DNA of 32,161 nucleotides from Planctomycetota bacterium. GTDB taxonomy: Bacteria; Planctomycetota; Planctomycetia; Pirellulales; Lacipirellulaceae. The stretch spans positions 1-32,161 of the forward strand of contig JBCCXZ010000045.1 of assembly GCA_039190745.1 (NCBI GenBank). Reading direction: 5' to 3'. The position numbers were made by a program, and so were the translations under genes. Of this stretch, positions 1-10,800 are shown piece by piece. Each line of letters starts with the position of its first letter. Within the stretch, counting starts at the first letter, position 1. The notes under the pieces were generated by a model. That model made no database searches and was not told the origin of the DNA. It saw only the letters and a list, made by a program, of their open reading frames with translations.

Positions 1-45
1 CCTCGGCGCCAGCACCGCCACCACCCGCCCGACAGGCCCGCCGGC

Positions 46-74
46 TTCAGCCGCCGGGCGCCACGGGCCGATAC
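46..74 (+). promoter_or_regulatory. possible sigma28 (FliA)-type promoter for fliD-fliS
   Basis: GCCGATAC at 67-74 resembles the sigma28 -10 consensus GCCGATAA, with TCAG 16 nt upstream; lies ~140 nt before fliD, a typical FliA target. Confidence 0.35.
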
Positions 75-213
75 TAGAAGACACCCGGCAAACTTTTCCG
101 CCTGGGCAAAGCCCGCCGCCCATAACGGCGGCGTACCCTTAAGGGCCTGTTTCTAAGGGAAACTCTCCAAGCGAAACAAACGACCCGGGACGCCCAGAAC
201 TGGGCCCGAAGCG

Positions 214-3200
214 ATGGGAAGAATCACCTCGAACGTCGGCCTCGCCTCCGGACTGGATATCCAGTCGACGGTCGACCAGTTGATGCAGCTCAACGCGATC
301 CCCCGCGACAACCTGTTCAACAGGACCGAGGCGCTCAAGAGCGAGCAGGTCGCGGTCACGACCCTCAGCGCCAGGCTGGCGACCGTCCAGTTCGATCTCG
401 GCAAGCTCAACTCGACGTCGCTCTACAGCTCTCGGCAAGTTGTTTCCAGCAATGAGAGCGTCCTGAGCCTCTCGGTCGACAGCGACGCCACGCCGCCGGT
501 TGGCAGCTTCAGCGTCCGCACCGTGCAGACCGCCTCGTCGCAACAACTTGTCAGCCAGCGCTTCGACGCAGACGACATCGACCTCGGCACGGGCAGCTTC
601 TCATTCGGCGTGGGCGGCTTTGTGGACGAAGGCGCCTCGCTCGACAGCATCCGCTCCGGCGAGGGCTTCGACCGCGGCCAGATCCGCATCACCGACCGCA
701 GCGGCGAGAGCGCCGTGATCGATCTGAGCACCGCACGGTCGGTCGACGACGTGCTCGACGCGATCAACTTGCAGACAGAAATCAACGTCACCGCCGCCGC
801 CTCGGGCGACGCCTTCGTATTGACCGACGGCACCGGCGGGTCGGGCAACCTCACCGTCCAAGAGGTCTCCGGCGGCACGACCGCCGCTTCACTCGGGCTC
901 GACGCCATCGACGTCGCCGCAGACCAGGCGACCGGCTCCGACATCTTCGACCTCTACTCCGGTACCAAGCTCAGCGAGTTGAACGACGGCAACGGCGTCC
1001 GCATCGTCGAGGGCACCGACGACTTCACGATCACCGTGAGCGACGGGACCGAGATCGACGTCGATCTCTCGGGCGACAAGACGCTTGGCGACGTGATCGC
1101 GAGCATCGAAGCGGCCGTCGAAGAGCAGGGGGCCGGCAAGCTGACTGCAGCGATCGGCACGGGCGACCGGCTGGTCCTCACCGACGCAACCACGGGGTCG
1201 GGCGAGCTGACGGTTACCAGCAACGTCGGCTCAGCAGCCGCCGAACTCGGGCTCACCGGCCCGGCCAGCGGCAACACCCTCACGGGCGACGCCCTCGCCT
1301 CCGGGCTCAAAGACACCCTGCTCAGCAGCCTCAACGGCGGCGCCGGGTTCGACCAGCTGGGCGCCATCGACATCAACGGGACGCAGATCGACCTCTCGAC
1401 CGCCGAGACGCTCGGCGACGTCGTCGACCTGATCAACGCGTCCGGCGTAGCGGCCGAGGCCTCGATCAACGCCCAGAGGAGCGGCATCGCGATCACCGCC
1501 ACCGGGGGCGGGACTCTCTCGATCCAAAACGCGGGCGACTCTACCAACACCGCAGACAGCCTGGGCATCGCGACGACCGCCGCGACCGCCGCGGTCGACA
1601 GCGGGGCGCTCGACCGGCAGACGCTGAGCGAGGCCACCCTGCTCGCGTCCCTCGACGGGACAGACGAGTTCCTCCTCGGCGACATCCGCATCACCGACAG
1701 CAGCGGCGCCGTCGGCGTTTTCGACCTGAACACCGAGGGCAACGAAGCCCTCACCGTCGGCGACGTCATCGACCGCATCAACAACGACGGAAGCGTTGGC
1801 GTCACCGCGGCCATCAACAGCACCGGCGACGGCATCCTCCTCACCGACACCGCGGGCGGAACAGGAACACTAGGCGTCAGCGACATCAACGGCAACGTCG
1901 CCGAGCGGCTGAACCTCACCGGGGCGAGCACGACGGTCGATATCGAAGGCACGCCCACCCAGGTGATCGACGGCACCCGCCGCTACACGGTGGACGTGAC
2001 CGACCTCGAATCGTCCGCCACTTCGCTCGCCCTTTCGTCGCTTAAGGACGGCGCCGGCATCACGCTCGACGGCGACATCATCATCACCGATTCGGCCGGC
2101 GAGAGGCTCGCACTCGACCTCAACGGCTCAGACTCGGGGATCAAGACCGTCGGCGACTTCATCGACCTGATCAACAGCAAGGCCTCGCAGCAAGGCGTCG
2201 GCGTTACCGCCTCGATCGACGAAACCGGCACCGGCATCGCGATCACCGACACCGCAGGCGGCGACGACGATCTGACCGTCGCCGACATCGGCGGCAGCGT
2301 CGCGGCGAGCCTCGGCATCGCGGGCGAAACCGAGGACGGCGCCATCCAAAGCACCGGCCTGTTCTCCGCCGCCTCCGCAGGGCAGAACGCGCTGGAGAAC
2401 CTCGTCGACCGTGTGAACGAACTCAACGCCGGCGTCACCGCCTCGGTGATCGCCGACAACGGCGGTTTCCGCCTCGCGCTGACCGTCGACGAAGCCGGCG
2501 CCGGCAACGAGCTGCTCCTCGACCTGGGAGGCACAGCGCTCGAGTTTGAAGAGCTCATCTCCGCCGAGGACGCCCTAATCGTCTACGGCGAATCGGCGCT
2601 GCCGGGGTCGGGCCTGCTCCTTGCTTCCGAGACCAACACGTTCGAGGACGTCATCAGCGGCGTCACGCTAACCGTCAATACAGTGAGCGACGAGGCCGTC
2701 GAGGTGAACGTCACCGAGTCGGACACCGACCTGATCTCTGCCGCGAACGACTTCGTTGAATCGTACAACGTCCTCCGCAGCGAGCTCGACGAGCTAACCT
2801 CCTTCGACGAGGTTGACCTCACCACGGGCCTGCTCTTCGGATCCGGCGAAGCCCTCCGGGTCGAATCCGTGCTCGGCCGCATCCTGACCGACCGCTACCT
2901 CGGCCTGGGCGGCATCGCGTCGCTCGAGCAGGCGGGCATCAGCCTCGACGCCGACGGCAAGCTGTCGCTCGACCAGTCGAAATTCTCCGAGGCGTTCAGC
3001 GAGAACCCCGATTCCCTGAGGAGCTTCTTCACCGACGAAGCCGGCGGGTTCGTGGCCAGCTTCTCCGAAGCGATCGACCAGCTCGCCGGCGCCGAGAACT
3101 CGCTGCTCACCAACCGCAGCGACTCCCTGCAGCAAACGATCACCTCGAACGAGGAGCGGATAGGAACCCTCGACAGCCAGTTGGAGCGCGAGCGAGAGCG

Positions 3201-3318
3201 GCTCACGCTCGAATTCATCCAGCTCGAAACGATCATCGCGTCGCTGCAGCAAGATCAGAACGCCTTGGAGTCGCTCCAGCCGATTGCCCCGCTAAGCATC
3301 CAACGCAGAAGCCAGTAA
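214..3318 (+). CDS. fliD: flagellar filament cap protein (HAP2), extended with internal repeats, 1034 aa
   Basis: FliD_N-like start (GLASGLDIQSTVDQLM); C-terminal FliD features (SETNTFEDVISGVTLT, FVESYN, GISLDADGKLSLD, terminal coiled coil); followed by fliS. Confidence 0.92.
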   Translation: MGRITSNVGLASGLDIQSTVDQLMQLNAIPRDNLFNRTEALKSEQVAVTTLSARLATVQFDLGKLNSTSLYSSRQVVSSNESVLSLSVDSDATPPVGSFSVRTVQTASSQQLVSQRFDADDIDLGTGSFSFGVGGFVDEGASLDSIRSGEGFDRGQIRITDRSGESAVIDLSTARSVDDVLDAINLQTEINVTAAASGDAFVLTDGTGGSGNLTVQEVSGGTTAASLGLDAIDVAADQATGSDIFDLYSGTKLSELNDGNGVRIVEGTDDFTITVSDGTEIDVDLSGDKTLGDVIASIEAAVEEQGAGKLTAAIGTGDRLVLTDATTGSGELTVTSNVGSAAAELGLTGPASGNTLTGDALASGLKDTLLSSLNGGAGFDQLGAIDINGTQIDLSTAETLGDVVDLINASGVAAEASINAQRSGIAITATGGGTLSIQNAGDSTNTADSLGIATTAATAAVDSGALDRQTLSEATLLASLDGTDEFLLGDIRITDSSGAVGVFDLNTEGNEALTVGDVIDRINNDGSVGVTAAINSTGDGILLTDTAGGTGTLGVSDINGNVAERLNLTGASTTVDIEGTPTQVIDGTRRYTVDVTDLESSATSLALSSLKDGAGITLDGDIIITDSAGERLALDLNGSDSGIKTVGDFIDLINSKASQQGVGVTASIDETGTGIAITDTAGGDDDLTVADIGGSVAASLGIAGETEDGAIQSTGLFSAASAGQNALENLVDRVNELNAGVTASVIADNGGFRLALTVDEAGAGNELLLDLGGTALEFEELISAEDALIVYGESALPGSGLLLASETNTFEDVISGVTLTVNTVSDEAVEVNVTESDTDLISAANDFVESYNVLRSELDELTSFDEVDLTTGLLFGSGEALRVESVLGRILTDRYLGLGGIASLEQAGISLDADGKLSLDQSKFSEAFSENPDSLRSFFTDEAGGFVASFSEAIDQLAGAENSLLTNRSDSLQQTITSNEERIGTLDSQLERERERLTLEFIQLETIIASLQQDQNALESLQPIAPLSIQRRSQ

Positions 3319-3354
3319 CGCCCGCCAGACCTCCCCACCCCGCAGGAACCGGTC

Positions 3355-3840
3355 ATGAACCCCTCCAGCAGCCAGTACAACACCTCGCGCATCCTCACCG
3401 CCTCGCAGCCCGCGCTGCAGATGATGCTGCTCGACGGAGCCCTCCGCAACGGCCGGCAGGCCCTCAACAGCTGGGCCGAAGACAACTGGAGCGAGGTGGA
3501 TGCCCTGCTGGACAAGACCATGCAGATCCTCGAAGAGCTCATTCAGGCCGTTGCGGGCGGCCAGTCCGAGCTGTCGGCCCAGTTCGAAGAGCAGTACGTC
3601 TTCGCCTACCGCTCGCTCACTTCGTGCCGCATCAACCGCGACAAAGACCAACTCCTGCGGACGCTGGACCTGCTGAGCTACCAGCGGCAGACCTGGAAGC
3701 TCGCCTGCGAACGCCTGCAGGCCGAAGCCCCCGCCGAATCGACCCAGGCCGAAGACGAACCCGCCGGCCCCAAGCCGACGGCCGCACCACACTTCTCAAC
3801 AGACGTGATGCCCTCCGCGGGCCTGTCGATCGAGGCCTAG
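3355..3840 (+). CDS. fliS: flagellar export chaperone FliS
   Basis: Y..SRILTASQPALQMMLLDGALR matches FliS N-terminus; helical; W near the C-terminus; directly after fliD. Confidence 0.85.
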   Translation: MNPSSSQYNTSRILTASQPALQMMLLDGALRNGRQALNSWAEDNWSEVDALLDKTMQILEELIQAVAGGQSELSAQFEEQYVFAYRSLTSCRINRDKDQLLRTLDLLSYQRQTWKLACERLQAEAPAESTQAEDEPAGPKPTAAPHFSTDVMPSAGLSIEA

Positions 3841-4013
3841 CCCGGTCCGCGGTGAAGTCGCCCGGCGACTCTCGGTTTCTATAGTAGGCAGGCGTGCGCG
3901 GCAAATTGACCAGCCCGCACGGCCGGCTCTATGATGCCCGTCTTCGGATGCCCGGATCCGGCGGGCACCCGCCAGACCATCCCGAGTAGTGCATAGCCAG
4001 GAGCCGCCGTACC

Positions 4014-4883
4014 GTGAGTGTTGCCGAGAAGCAGTTGATCCGCGTCGGGCACAGCCCCGACCCCGACGACGCCTTCATGTTCCACGCGCTGGCGAACGAT
4101 TGCATCGAAACCGGCGGCTTCCGGTTCGAGCACGAGCTGGTCGACATCGAGACCCTCAACCAGCGGGCTTTTGAAGGCGAGCTCGAACTGACCGCCGTCA
4201 GCATCCACGCCTACGCATTCCTGCGAGATAAATATTTGCTCTGCAGCTGCGGCGCCAGCATGGGCGACGGCTACGGCCCGATGGTCGTCTCGAAAGAAGG
4301 CGGCGATACCGCTTCGCTCGAAGGCAAAGTAATCGCCGTCCCCGGCAAGCTGACGAGCGCCTTCCTCGGCCTGCAGCTGTGCCTCAACCGGGAGTTCGAG
4401 CACGTCCTCGTGCCGTTCGACGAGATCATCCCCGCCGTCGTCGCGGGAGAGTACAACGGCCAGAAGGTCGACGCCGGCCTCATCATCCACGAAGGCCAGC
4501 TCACCTACGGCGACCAACAGCTCCAGCTCATCGTCGATCTGGGCGTCTGGTGGAAAGAGCTCACCGGCCTCCCGCTCCCGCTCGGCGCGAACGCCATCCG
4601 CCGCGACCTCGGGCCCGAGGTGATCGACGAGGTGCAAACGCTGCTCCACCAGAGCATCGATTACGGCCTCAAGAACCGCCAAGAAGCCCTCGACTACGCC
4701 CTGCAGTACGGCCGCGATTTGGATAACTCCAAGGCGGACAAGTTCGTCGGCATGTACGTCAACGACTGGACGCTCGATTTTGGCCCCCGCGGCCGCGAAG
4801 CTGTTAAGCTATTCCTGAGGAAGGGCCATGAACAGGGATTCCTTCCCGAACTGGTCGCCCCCGAGTTCGTCGACCTGAAGTAG
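4014..4883 (+). CDS. mqnD: 1,4-dihydroxy-6-naphthoate synthase (futalosine menaquinone pathway)
   Basis: GHSPDPDDAFMFHAL, DIETLN, GxGYGP, IIHEG, LPLPLG, MYVN motifs; GTG start. Confidence 0.93.
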   Translation: MSVAEKQLIRVGHSPDPDDAFMFHALANDCIETGGFRFEHELVDIETLNQRAFEGELELTAVSIHAYAFLRDKYLLCSCGASMGDGYGPMVVSKEGGDTASLEGKVIAVPGKLTSAFLGLQLCLNREFEHVLVPFDEIIPAVVAGEYNGQKVDAGLIIHEGQLTYGDQQLQLIVDLGVWWKELTGLPLPLGANAIRRDLGPEVIDEVQTLLHQSIDYGLKNRQEALDYALQYGRDLDNSKADKFVGMYVNDWTLDFGPRGREAVKLFLRKGHEQGFLPELVAPEFVDLK

Positions 4884-5154
4884 CAACGACCCTCGTCTGC
4901 CCGGTGCTGAGCTGAGGCCATGTGCTCAAAAAGTGGTCGCGTGCTCGTGTCCCAGTACACTAACTCCCGTTGCGTCCTCAGCTCCCAGCCACTTTCGGGC
5001 TGGATGATAACTGAATGGTTCAACTAGCGAATCAAGGCTAGAACAGTCCGAAGCGTTTGAGTTGCTAGTTCGCTTTGACGAGCCCTACGTTTCTCGATCC
5101 ATGCGGAGGGCGAGTTGTTTCAGTATCTTGTAGTTTGAAGAACTGCCCAGGGCG

Positions 5155-5590
5155 ATGGCCAAAAACCGCTACGCCGAGGAGCAGATCGCGTTCGTGATAA
5201 GTAAGCACGAATCTGGTACGGCGATTGCCGATATCGTCCGGAAAATGGTGGGCAGCGAGCAGAGGTTCTACCTCTGGGAGAAGGAGTCCGCGGGGATGGG
5301 CGTCGCCGGGCTGCGATCTCTAGAGGGCCTCCAGGAAGAAAACAACAAGCTCAAGCAGCTGGTGGCAGGACTTTCGCTCGCCAAGAAGATGCCGCAGGAT
5401 GTCGCGTTAGAGAAATGTCTCAGCGGCGCTCGTTATGGCAGGCTTTGAAGCGACTACAGGTCCTTATAAGGCGAGAGAGCTTGGGCGTGCCGCATCGACT
5501 GCGGTACCCGCCCGAATCACCGCTACCAGAGCCGCCGCGACCAGCGAGCCAAGCTTCGCACCCGCTTGCACGACCGCATTCTCGCACCGT
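5155..5590 (+). pseudogene. IS3-family transposase remnant (orfA plus start of orfB, truncated)
   Basis: MAKNRYAEEQIAF...FYLW...LQEENNKLKQLVAGLSL is an IS3 OrfA HTH/zipper pattern; HRYQSRRDQRAKLRTRL at ~5518-5570 resembles the OrfB N-terminus; no DDE core follows. Confidence 0.8.
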
Positions 5591-5619
5591 AGCTGGTACA
5601 AGATCGGGTGAGGGGCACA

Positions 5620-7791
5620 TCAAGAGGTAGCGTGAGTTAAGAGTTCACTAGTGATATATTTGAGACTCTTTTCTTCACCGAGCAAGGGGCCCTGGCCGTA
5701 CTTGCAACCAATCGCCTTTAGGACTTCCAAGTGAGAGTGATCGGACACGCCCGAGTAGATAAGCCCTGCCTGGAGTCCCTCGGCGAGCGTTGCGACGACC
5801 TCCAGCTCCGCCGCAGGCTCGAAAGGCTGCTTTGCTCCTTGTGTCCTGCGCTCTCCGATCCTTAGGTATCCCTGCCTGGCAAGAGCCAGCAAAGAGAGAG
5901 ACACCCGCCCCAACTCGCAACCAGATAGCGCTATCGAGAAGCCTTCTTCGCCGAGCGCCGAAATCGTCGCGTGTTCGTCTTCGCTGAGCTGATCCATCGA
6001 GTGTTGCCAGAAGCTGAGGATGATGTCACGCGGGCTGATCCCCTCACTGCTGACAACCTCGGCAAGCGCCTCAGCACTGGCTTTACGGTCACTCCGCCAC
6101 GAGGCGTTCTCGAGTAAGAGCTTAACGCTGTCGAAGCGATCATCCTCGCGTCTCAAGAGGGCTAGTTGTGAGCAAGCCATCCGCAGGGTCTTCAACTCAA
6201 CAGCGGCCTCGATGCCGTTGTCCGAGGCAACTTCTGCAATCACACCGTGGCGGGCCTCATCGTACCGAGGGTGCCGCCACGCCAGACGGCACTCGAACGC
6301 TAAAAGGTCCCCGGACTGGACGTTTACAATCGGTGAACATAGGGTCTGGAGTGGTGAATCGGTCTGAGGCGTCTCTGCGGAGTCCACTAGAGCGTTGAGG
6401 TCTTGCAAGAGCGCGGATCGCATCTCGTCATCCTGCCGCATCTCCGGACTGAACGCGCGGTACCCGTTCTTTCCTTCTCGCTTAGCCTCGTACATTGCTC
6501 GGTCGGCCAATAGTAAGAGGTCTTCTACGGAACGGGCCTGCGGTGTAGGCAGAGTGATGCCGACGCTCGCGGACGGATTGATGTAGTGCCGTTCCAGGAG
6601 CAGGGCCGGTTTGGAGATGACGTCCACCAGCCGCGCGGCGATCGTAGACGCGGCGCGTTGGGAGTCGACGTCCTCGACGAGCACGGCGAACTCGTCTCCA
6701 CCGATTCGAGCGACAACGGAGTCTGCCTGCCGCACCGAAGATTCCAACGCCCGCGCTATGAGGACAAGCAGCTCGTCACCGGCTGCGTGACCGTAGGTAT
6801 CGTTTACACCCTTGAATCCATCGACATCGATAATAGCGACGGCAAAGGGGCGATCGGGATTCCGCAGGTACTGCTGGAGGCGGTGCGAAACTCTTTCTAG
6901 GAACAGTGCCCGATTAGGAAGCCCCGTCAACGCGTCCGCGGATTTACCCTCGGTAACGTCGGTGAGGGAGCCGGCCATGCGGACAGCTTTGCTGTCGGAG
7001 AAGACCGCTTTGCCCCGGCAGAGCATCCAGCGGTACTCGCCCAACTCGTGATGCATACGGAGTTCGACCTCAAAGCACTCTGTTTGTCCGGCCAGATGTG
7101 ATGTGAGGGCGTTGTGTACGCGTTTGCGGTCATTATCGTGAACCCGGGAAAACCAGTGGTTAGGCGAGTCTAAGTGCTCCAGCTCAGGCAGCCCAAGCAT
7201 CGCTTGCCAACGCGGCGAGAAGTAGACTGTTTCTTTGAGGATGTCCCAGTCCCAGATGCCGTCGTTCGTGCCCCGAACCGCAAGCGTGTACCGCTGCTGG
7301 CTCTCGGAGAGTTCCTGTTGAATCTGCTGGAGCCGCAGGTGAGTGCTCAGCCGCACCATCGAAGTTTCGGCATCGAACGGTTTAGTAATGTAATCGTTGG
7401 CGCCAGCCCTGAAGGCGGCGACGATGCTTTCGCGGTCGTCGTCTGCGGTCACCATCACCACAGGCAGTTCGGCTTCGCTAAAAGATCGCCGGACCTCGCG
7501 GAGCACCTCGAACCCATCCATGCCCGGCATAGAAACATCGAGAAGAACAACCTCGAAGCGGCGTTGCAGCAGGAGCTCTAAGGCGCCCAAACCGTCGTCC
7601 GCGGTATCGAAAGAGGCCCCTAGCTGACTGCAGATCTTACCCAGGATCAACTTGGATACTTCCTCGTCATCAACGATAAGCACACGCGACGAGCAAAACT
7701 GGCTGGGGTCTCGGAGCGCATCTTTCTCAGAGAGCCCGCTAGCCAGATTCATTAGGCATGGTTGTGTCTTCTGGTTTTCCCCGGACATCAT
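5620..7791 (-). CDS. response-regulator diguanylate cyclase: REC-PAS-GGDEF-degenerate EAL
   Basis: REC (VLIVDD, LLDVSMPGMDG, DYITKP); PAS (NDGIWDWD...YRWMLCRG); DALTGLPNR; intact GGDEF at 6688-6702; EAL-like C-terminus with mutated motifs; start chosen at ATG 7791 after a G-rich RBS-like run. Confidence 0.9.
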   Translation of the reverse strand: MMSGENQKTQPCLMNLASGLSEKDALRDPSQFCSSRVLIVDDEEVSKLILGKICSQLGASFDTADDGLGALELLLQRRFEVVLLDVSMPGMDGFEVLREVRRSFSEAELPVVMVTADDDRESIVAAFRAGANDYITKPFDAETSMVRLSTHLRLQQIQQELSESQQRYTLAVRGTNDGIWDWDILKETVYFSPRWQAMLGLPELEHLDSPNHWFSRVHDNDRKRVHNALTSHLAGQTECFEVELRMHHELGEYRWMLCRGKAVFSDSKAVRMAGSLTDVTEGKSADALTGLPNRALFLERVSHRLQQYLRNPDRPFAVAIIDVDGFKGVNDTYGHAAGDELLVLIARALESSVRQADSVVARIGGDEFAVLVEDVDSQRAASTIAARLVDVISKPALLLERHYINPSASVGITLPTPQARSVEDLLLLADRAMYEAKREGKNGYRAFSPEMRQDDEMRSALLQDLNALVDSAETPQTDSPLQTLCSPIVNVQSGDLLAFECRLAWRHPRYDEARHGVIAEVASDNGIEAAVELKTLRMACSQLALLRREDDRFDSVKLLLENASWRSDRKASAEALAEVVSSEGISPRDIILSFWQHSMDQLSEDEHATISALGEEGFSIALSGCELGRVSLSLLALARQGYLRIGERRTQGAKQPFEPAAELEVVATLAEGLQAGLIYSGVSDHSHLEVLKAIGCKYGQGPLLGEEKSLKYITSELLTHATS

Positions 7792-7887
7792 CGCCCCCCT
7801 TAGGAAATCAGTTGCTTCGGCGCTCGGTGTCTGGCCTCCTGGACCGTACACCTCTTGGCGTAGCTGCTACTGATCGTGTGTCTTTCG

Positions 7888-10800
7888 TTACGCATGAACT
7901 GGGTCGGGGAGTGTCTGGTCTGTCGCCGAGGGCGGGTCGCTGTTCCCGGCTGCCTTGACAAGCGCCTGGGCAAGCACCTCGGGCTGGACCGGCTTCGTCA
8001 GGTGGCCGTCCATCCCTGCGCCGTTGCATTTCTGTGTGAACTGCGGGCTGACATGGGCCGAGAGTGCGAATACGGGGGTTTTCGGACGCCCCTCTTCTTG
8101 CTCCAAAGCCCGGATTTGTTCTGTTGCGGCGAAGCCGTCGAGTTTGGGCATTTCGATGTCCATGAGCACTATGTCGAAGCGGCCTTGCCGGTAGGCGTCG
8201 ACCGCTTGCTGGCCATCGTCGGCTGTTTCCGCTTCGTGCCCCATTAAGCCGAGGATGCCCTTGGCAACTTCTTGGTTGACCGGGCTGTCGTCCGCGACAA
8301 GCACACGCAGCGGCCGGCATGCTGCAGAGGCTAGCGAGACCGGCCGAGCCTTGGCTCGGCGACTTGTTGCGCCCGTTGCCGAAAGCAGGGCGTCGACCAA
8401 CTCCTCTCGCTTCGCTGGCTTCATGACTGTGTTCCGGATGCCTAGCAGACGGCAGCACTCAACGATCTCGACGTTGCCGGCGGGCAGAACAGCAACGAGC
8501 GGGCGGTCCGCCTCGCTTCGTTTCCTCAGCCGTTCTCGCAGGCTGTCGATATCGGATAGATCGCTTGCGGCAACGTCCACGACAGCGGCGTCGACTGGTT
8601 CGAACTCTTCACCGGCGGGATGGCTGTCGGGGTGCAGGCCTCCGTCTCTGATTCCGACTGTTGAGGAAGCCCCGCAATCGGCGAGCAAGTCTTCGTAAGC
8701 TGCGAGCAAGACCGGGTCTTTCGCGACGATCTCGACGCGGAGGCCGTCTGCGGTTGCGGGCTGCTCCTCGGCTGCCGCCCCGTCGTCGGTGGGCGTCGCG
8801 CGTTTCAGCGGGATGTCGAGGTGGAAGGTGCTGCCCTGGCCTTCTTCGCTTTCTAGCCAGATCTTTCCACCCATCAACTCGGTCAGTTGCATCGAGATGG
8901 CAAGCCCCAGACCGGTGCCGCCATACCGTCTTGTGGTGGAGCTGTCTTCCTGGCGGAACGCATCGAAGATGACGCCCACCTTGTCCGCCGCGATGCCAAT
9001 GCCCGTGTCTTCCACCGTGAAGTGCAGCACGACGCCCCCGCCGCTCTCTTCGCCCTTCTCGATTCTGACGAGCACGTGCCCTTCCGCAGTGAACTTCACG
9101 GCATTGCTGACAAGGTTGACGACGATCTGGCGTATGCAGTTTGGGTCGCCTACCAGCCGCTCAGGCACTTCTGGAGCGATCGAACAGATCAGTTCTATCC
9201 CCTTCCCAAACGCCGGCACGGCAAGCAACCGGGCCGCGTCGATAACCACTTCGCGTAGACTGAAAGAGATAGCCTCTAGCTCCATCTTCCCCGCTTCGAT
9301 CTTCGACAGGTCGAGAATATCGTTGAGCAGGTTTAGAAGGGCGCCACCGGACTGTTTTACGGTTGTGAGATAATTCCGCTGTTGGTCGTTAAGGGGCGTG
9401 TTCAGGACCAGTTCGGTCATGCCCAGAACACCGTTCATCGGCGTTCGGATCTCGTGACTCATTGTGGCCAGGAACCGACTTTTTGCCTCATTAGCTTCCT
9501 CCGCGGCCTGTTTGGCCGTTTGCAGCTCCTGCTGGGCGTCGCGAAGCTCATTGGCTTTGCGTTCCAGCAAGTCGTTCGAGACGGCCAATTCTTCGGCCCT
9601 GGTTTCCGCCGCGGCGGTGCGGTCGGCGACGCGTTGCTCGAGTGTCGTGTTCAGATCTTGTAGCTTTGCGAAGCCCTCGGCGTTTTCGAGCGCGGCGCCA
9701 GCTATTGCCGCGATGAAATCGGCTAGCCTCTGCTCGTCGGCCCCGAATAGCCCGCTGATACGTGAGTGCACGACACACAAGATCGAAACGACGCGGCCAC
9801 GCACAAGTATGGGGACGCAGAGTTCCGAAGAGTTGGTCTCCAAGGTTGCATCCGTGGCCTGTGCGCGATCGAGGACCGTCGAGCGTTTGGCCTCGATAGC
9901 CTCTTCAGCAAGCGGGGGTGAGACTTGAAACGATTCGCCCCGGGCCTGCGCATCGGACTCGACGAGTTGGCCTTCGTTGTCGACCGACCAAACGTAGCAA
10001 CGCTCACCCCGGAGCAGGCGGAGAGCCGCTTCTTGAGCCTGCTGGTGAATCACATTTGGGTCGAGAGAAGACGCGATGCTTCGGCCAGTGTCGAGTACTG
10101 TGTCGAACCGGTCGATCAGCGAGAGGCTTAGCTTCTCATTGGAATCGACGGCTTCGTTGCGTTCGGCGGCGGCCCCTAACTCGGCGAGGATTATGCTCGC
10201 GCGGCGGGCGTAGTCCTCGAACCCGTCCCAGCCGGCTTCGGCGGCCACGCGGTGCGCTTCGAGCAGCGTTTCTGCGGCTTGCAGGCGCTCACCGAGCTTG
10301 TTGGCGTGGGACAGGCTTTTACCAAAGTAGTACCTGGCTCGCCGGCTCTCGCCGCGCATCGCCGAGACTAAGGCCAGCTCTCGGTAGGCTTGCGGGAGGT
10401 CGTTGCGGCAGATGAATCCACTCCGGATTGCGGAGCGCGCCGAGCGGGCCGCCTCCCGCAAGCAATGGAGACGTCGGTCCGGAACCGCGCGGGTGTCTTT
10501 TTGGGCCGCCAACCTGAACGCAGTTGCGCTCCACGCGTACGCCGGGAGCGTGTAGGCGTTCTTTACACCTGCGCCCGCTGCCGCGTCGAGTGCCCGCTCA
10601 AACTTCTGTGCGGCGGCCTCGAGCTGAGATTCGGCAATATGGCAAATGCCCTGGGCGAGGTAGACCTGACACGCGCCCTGTGCGTCGCTCCTCTCCCGCC
10701 TCGCCTCGAGTTCCATGACCTGGGCCGGGATACGGCCGGAGGAAGCCCGGGCCCAGACATCGAGGATGATGCCGGAGGCTTGTTCGTCGCCGGTTTCGAG

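Noticed and set aside
423..3252. Long antisense ORFs opposite fliD (e.g. 954-1976)
   Set aside because: Ser/Pro/Val-rich shadows of a high-GC coding strand
3857..3871. Terminator after fliS
   Set aside because: Only a short AGTCGC/GCGACT stem with no proper U-tract; too weak to call
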